Shown here one piece after another: positions 61,098 through 64,000 of a stretch of DNA of 64,000 bases. Every line of letters begins with the position of its first letter. Position 1 is the first letter of the stretch. This stretch comes from a virus. Lineage: Duplodnaviria; Heunggongvirae; Uroviricota; Caudoviricetes. Both the position numbers and the translations under genes were made by a program. The stretch is taken from positions 1 through 64,000 of IMG/VR virus record IMGVR_UViG_3300037466_001997, one strand, 5' to 3'. Below the pieces are notes generated by a model. The model ran no database searches, had not been told where the DNA came from, and worked only from the letters and a program-made list of their open reading frames with translations.

Positions 61098-61841
61098 TTA
61101 CGCCGCCTTCGCTTTCTTGGCGTCCCGCTTGGCCTTTTCCTTCGCAGCCTTCTTGGCGGCTTCTTCCTTTTCCTTTTCTTCGGCCAGCTTCTGGCTTTCT
61201 TCGGCGGCAACCACGAACTGCTTGGCTTCTTCAAGCGCTTCGGCCAGCGTCCCCTTGTACTGTGCCTTGATGGCCAGCGTGGCGACGATATCGAGCAGCT
61301 TGTCAGCAAGGCCCTTGGCGAACACAGCCTCGACCGATTCGGTGGTGGCGACCGGAACCGACTCTTCCTCCTGATAAAGCAGGAAGTCTTCCGGAAGACC
61401 CTTCATCTTTTCGACCAGAGCATAGTGCTTCGGGTTGACGAAATAGCCTTCCTGCTTGGTGACACGGGTTCCATAAGGAATTTTGTGCCGATCAAGGATG
61501 GCGGTTTCTTCCGGTTCCAGAACCGAATTCCAGTTCCGCACCCGGATTTCGCACGATGCTTCGGCTTTGTTGCCGTCCGTACCCCGGAAGTTCGGTGGAC
61601 GCTTGGTGGTCATGTTGTCACGCTTCTTGGAAGCGTCGATAAACACCTTGACCATTTCGTTCTTGGCCAGTCCGGCGAACGTCTCTTTGAGAGCGCCATA
61701 GCCCTTCACAACGGCATCAACCATTGCGTAATTGGCAAGGCCCGGAACGGCAAAAGTCGGCTGTTCAGCCTGCTTTTTGGCTTCCTTGGTGGTTTTCGGA
61801 AGCTTTGGGGCGGTATCAAAAACTGACATCTTGTTCCTCAT
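61098..61841 (-). CDS. hypothetical protein with Lys/Ala-rich histone-H1-like C-terminal tail
   Basis: C-terminus EEKEKEEAAKKAAKEKAKRDAKKAKAA; sits under promoter 61859-61886. Confidence 0.55.
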   Translation of the reverse strand: MRNKMSVFDTAPKLPKTTKEAKKQAEQPTFAVPGLANYAMVDAVVKGYGALKETFAGLAKNEMVKVFIDASKKRDNMTTKRPPNFRGTDGNKAEASCEIRVRNWNSVLEPEETAILDRHKIPYGTRVTKQEGYFVNPKHYALVEKMKGLPEDFLLYQEEESVPVATTESVEAVFAKGLADKLLDIVATLAIKAQYKGTLAEALEEAKQFVVAAEESQKLAEEKEKEEAAKKAAKEKAKRDAKKAKAA

Positions 61842-61858
61842 TTCCTGATTACAAATCG

Positions 61859-61886
61859 AATATAATCAATCTGTAGGAAATGTCAA
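61859..61886 (-). promoter_or_regulatory. sigma70-like promoter TTGACA-16-TATATT (cassette copy)
   Basis: aaatcgaatataatcaatctgtaggaaatgtcaa. Confidence 0.55.
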
Positions 61887-62065
61887 CAAGGAATTTTCAG
61901 CCTAGCCGGGACAGGAAAGCGTCTGGAAACAGCACGGGCAGGACACTACCAGCACCTTTCCAGACTTGGTTTTGACGATTTCCGCTTCCGAGCGGAAAAA
62001 CTTGATGACCGAATCGCATGACTGGCAACGAATTCGGTACTCTTGAACTTGATTTTGATTTGGCA

Positions 62066-62608
62066 TTAAGCTTCGTTCGTTGATATCGGACCAGAAGAAT
62101 TCAACATAATTCGTCTGACATTGGTTGGCTGTGCATTATATGGTGGACGGCGAGCATCATATAGGCGGTTCTTGGCGATTCTGGTGATGTTGACAGAATC
62201 AGACTGATTGCCACCAAGACAATGGTAGTTTGCAGAATCTTCGCCAATGTACATGGTCACGTGACCACCGCCGTTGCGCTGGAATGTGAGAATGTCGCCA
62301 AGCATAGGTGTTGGTGTATGTGAACCGACTTTTGCCCAGTTCAGCGCCCACAACATATTATCGTTGCGAAGTCCGGCTGGTAGCGTCTTTCCAGCACGTG
62401 TGTAGATGGTTAGCATGAATAGACCACACCATGGCACGGAGTCATGTGTGTATACTCGATTCAGACCCAATTCCTTGGCCCATCCCAGAATGACCGGGGA
62501 ATCGGCATCGTTAGGCATTTCGAGCGTTCCATAGAGCTTCAAAGCCTCTTGAAGCATCTTTGGGCCGGGTTCGTTGTTAAGGAATTGATATTGTGTAGGA
62601 AGTGACAA
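62066..62608 (-). CDS. CHAP-like cysteine peptidase (TIGR02594-type cell-wall hydrolase candidate)
   Basis: Conserved Cys (PWCGLF) and His (GGHVTMYIG) spaced as in the CHAP/NlpC-P60 fold. Confidence 0.55.
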   Translation of the reverse strand: MSLPTQYQFLNNEPGPKMLQEALKLYGTLEMPNDADSPVILGWAKELGLNRVYTHDSVPWCGLFMLTIYTRAGKTLPAGLRNDNMLWALNWAKVGSHTPTPMLGDILTFQRNGGGHVTMYIGEDSANYHCLGGNQSDSVNITRIAKNRLYDARRPPYNAQPTNVRRIMLNSSGPISTNEA

Positions 62609-62655
62609 ATTTCTCTCCTGTGTGAGGTACAGGGGTATTTAGAGAAATTTGCCTC

Positions 62656-62683
62656 TTGACTTTTCGTAAGGAATGAATATATT
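62656..62683 (+). promoter_or_regulatory. plus-strand sigma70-like promoter TTGACT-16-TATATT
   Basis: cctcttgacttttcgtaaggaatgaatatattcgg. Confidence 0.45.
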
Positions 62684-62689
62684 CGGGGT

Positions 62690-62800
62690 GACTGGACGGC
62701 AGACAAGGCCGTCCCCCGTGTTGGAGCGGGACACTCCAACCCCCTAGTCTTGGGAGGGGAGGCACCCAAGACACCGAGTCGAAGCGGTAATCTTCGACAA
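62690..62800 (+). ncRNA. candidate small RNA (~110 nt) with 3-4 consecutive hairpins
   Basis: Hairpins GGACGGC..GCCGTCC, GTTGGAG..CTCCAAC, GTCGAAG..CTTCGAC downstream of the plus-strand promoter. No ORF; convergent with the 62804..63238 gene. Confidence 0.3.
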
Positions 62801-62803
62801 AAA

Positions 62804-63238
62804 CTATTTCAGTTTGGCTAGATCAACGCTTTCAGAGTAATAGCCGTTCGATGAACCAAACCAGCGGATATCAACGTATCCCTTGATGGTCGCCAGTTTG
62901 TAGAAAGTCCAAGTGTAGGACTCTGCATGGTATTCACGTTCTGGTGGCGGACCTAGATCGCTTTCCTCTTTGGTTCCGTCATAATCGTCTCTGCCGGAAG
63001 AAGACACTTCCTCTGCAACTAAAATCGGATTGCCAACAAGGTCTTCTAGATCACCAACAATATCCTCTACATTGACTGACTCACAACAATCTTGTGAATG
63101 ATACAACTTATAGTGTTCACCATCATCAGTTTCGAAATGAATTTCATCGTCGCCATTGTTACTGCACATGTAGACTTTAGTAAAAACTTTACCTAGTAGT
63201 GTATTAAATTCAAGACGTTCGTAATATTCGTAACCCAT
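62804..63238 (-). CDS. hypothetical acidic protein, 144 aa
   Basis: ORF. Confidence 0.5.
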   Translation of the reverse strand: MGYEYYERLEFNTLLGKVFTKVYMCSNNGDDEIHFETDDGEHYKLYHSQDCCESVNVEDIVGDLEDLVGNPILVAEEVSSSGRDDYDGTKEESDLGPPPEREYHAESYTWTFYKLATIKGYVDIRWFGSSNGYYSESVDLAKLK

Positions 63239-63822
63239 TATTTCTTCTCAAATGAATATGTCAATCTTGGTGGATTATTATCCCAGTTCGGACCCCATGT
63301 GTACCATGAATAGTTATGTCTTGGTGATCCTGTAGAATCGGCCACCCAACGTGGACGCCAAAGCAGGACACGCTTTTCCAGAAAGTTGGGACAATCTCTA
63401 AAAAATTTGGCACGACATTTTGCCGAATCCAGTTCATTACGGGCGAGCAATGAACAATGAACACCCTTCTTAACCCAGAACTGAACACGTTCCATGAATT
63501 TATCAATTTCGTCGCCATATGGCGGGTTGGTGATAATCCACGTGAAAAGTTCATCGGGTTCGTATGTGTAGAAATCGGCCTTGGTCGCACCTTCCATCAT
63601 TGGATGGATGTCAGTGCTAATGACCTTTGAAAAATGTTCGGCCAATACATTCGACATCGCACCGTCGCCGCAAGCGGGTTCCCAGACGGCTTGCAATGTT
63701 GGTGTACCAAACCAATCTACAGTCTCGAATATGGCTTCTGTAGCAGTGCGTGGTGTGGGGTAAAAATCACGTTCAATTCGATCATAACCAGAAGTACCCA
63801 ACATAGACGGGTCTTCTCTCAT
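63238..63822 (-). CDS. N6-adenine DNA methyltransferase
   Basis: Motif I EPACGDGAM and motif IV NPPYGD. Confidence 0.75.
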   Translation of the reverse strand: MREDPSMLGTSGYDRIERDFYPTPRTATEAIFETVDWFGTPTLQAVWEPACGDGAMSNVLAEHFSKVISTDIHPMMEGATKADFYTYEPDELFTWIITNPPYGDEIDKFMERVQFWVKKGVHCSLLARNELDSAKCRAKFFRDCPNFLEKRVLLWRPRWVADSTGSPRHNYSWYTWGPNWDNNPPRLTYSFEKK

Positions 63823-64000
63823 TCCGGGTATTGTCCCCTTCCGTATTTCGCACCTTTGCGAAATTTTCTCTTTTTCTTGTGTTTGCGATATTCCGCCAAA
63901 TCGACTGGCGGCAGATTTTTATACCGGTCACTGTTCAAGTCACGCCGAATCGCTGCGAAGCGCCATAGCTCGTCATTGCATACATGCATGATGACGTTGC
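63819..64000 (-). CDS. hypothetical protein, C-terminal part only (5' end beyond window)
   Basis: In-frame ORF ending with ATGA overlap onto the methyltransferase start; basic C-terminus. Confidence 0.4.
   Translation of the reverse strand, partial: NVIMHVCNDELWRFAAIRRDLNSDRYKNLPPVDLAEYRKHKKKRKFRKGAKYGRGQYPE

Overview
The window reads as one contiguous stretch of a large virulent-phage-like genome, about 46% GC. Nearly all genes sit on the minus strand in tightly packed, often overlapping small ORFs, and there are at least 22 tRNA genes on the minus strand. No structural/virion, integrase, transposase, rRNA or CRISPR features were found. A GapR (DUF2312) homolog and an adjacent DUF1127 protein point to an alphaproteobacterial host. 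Intergenic regions carry an almost invariant sigma70-type promoter cassette on the minus strand (TTGACA-16/17-TATATT inside a longer conserved 35-40 nt block), plus strong rho-independent terminators. Recognisable products include NAD+ salvage genes (NadR-like NMNAT/NR kinase, PnuC), an ADP-ribose processing pair (macro domain, NADAR), and a tRNA/RNA repair set (Rnl-type RNA ligase, CCA-adding enzyme, PTH2, 2H phosphoesterase, GatB/YqeY, an HNH-ligase fusion). Also present are an ATP-dependent DNA ligase, a small alarmone (ppGpp) hydrolase HD domain, GroES, an N6-adenine methyltransferase, a CHAP-like peptidase, two AAA ATPases, HAD nucleotidases, four HNH endonucleases and an SPFH lipoprotein. 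There is a MotA/ExbB-like channel with a TM-anchored partner and three consecutive Tat-signal proteins. The most unusual feature is a ~1.35 kb ORF-free segment (about 44710-46045) with its own consensus promoter and terminator, consistent with a large structured ncRNA. Several tRNAs look atypical: a Trp-like tRNA with a possible UCA anticodon, and type-II bodies with UUU and GUU anticodons. All tRNA calls were parsed by hand and need tRNAscan-SE/ARAGORN confirmation. Gene starts are uncertain because the ORF track also uses TTG/GTG starts.
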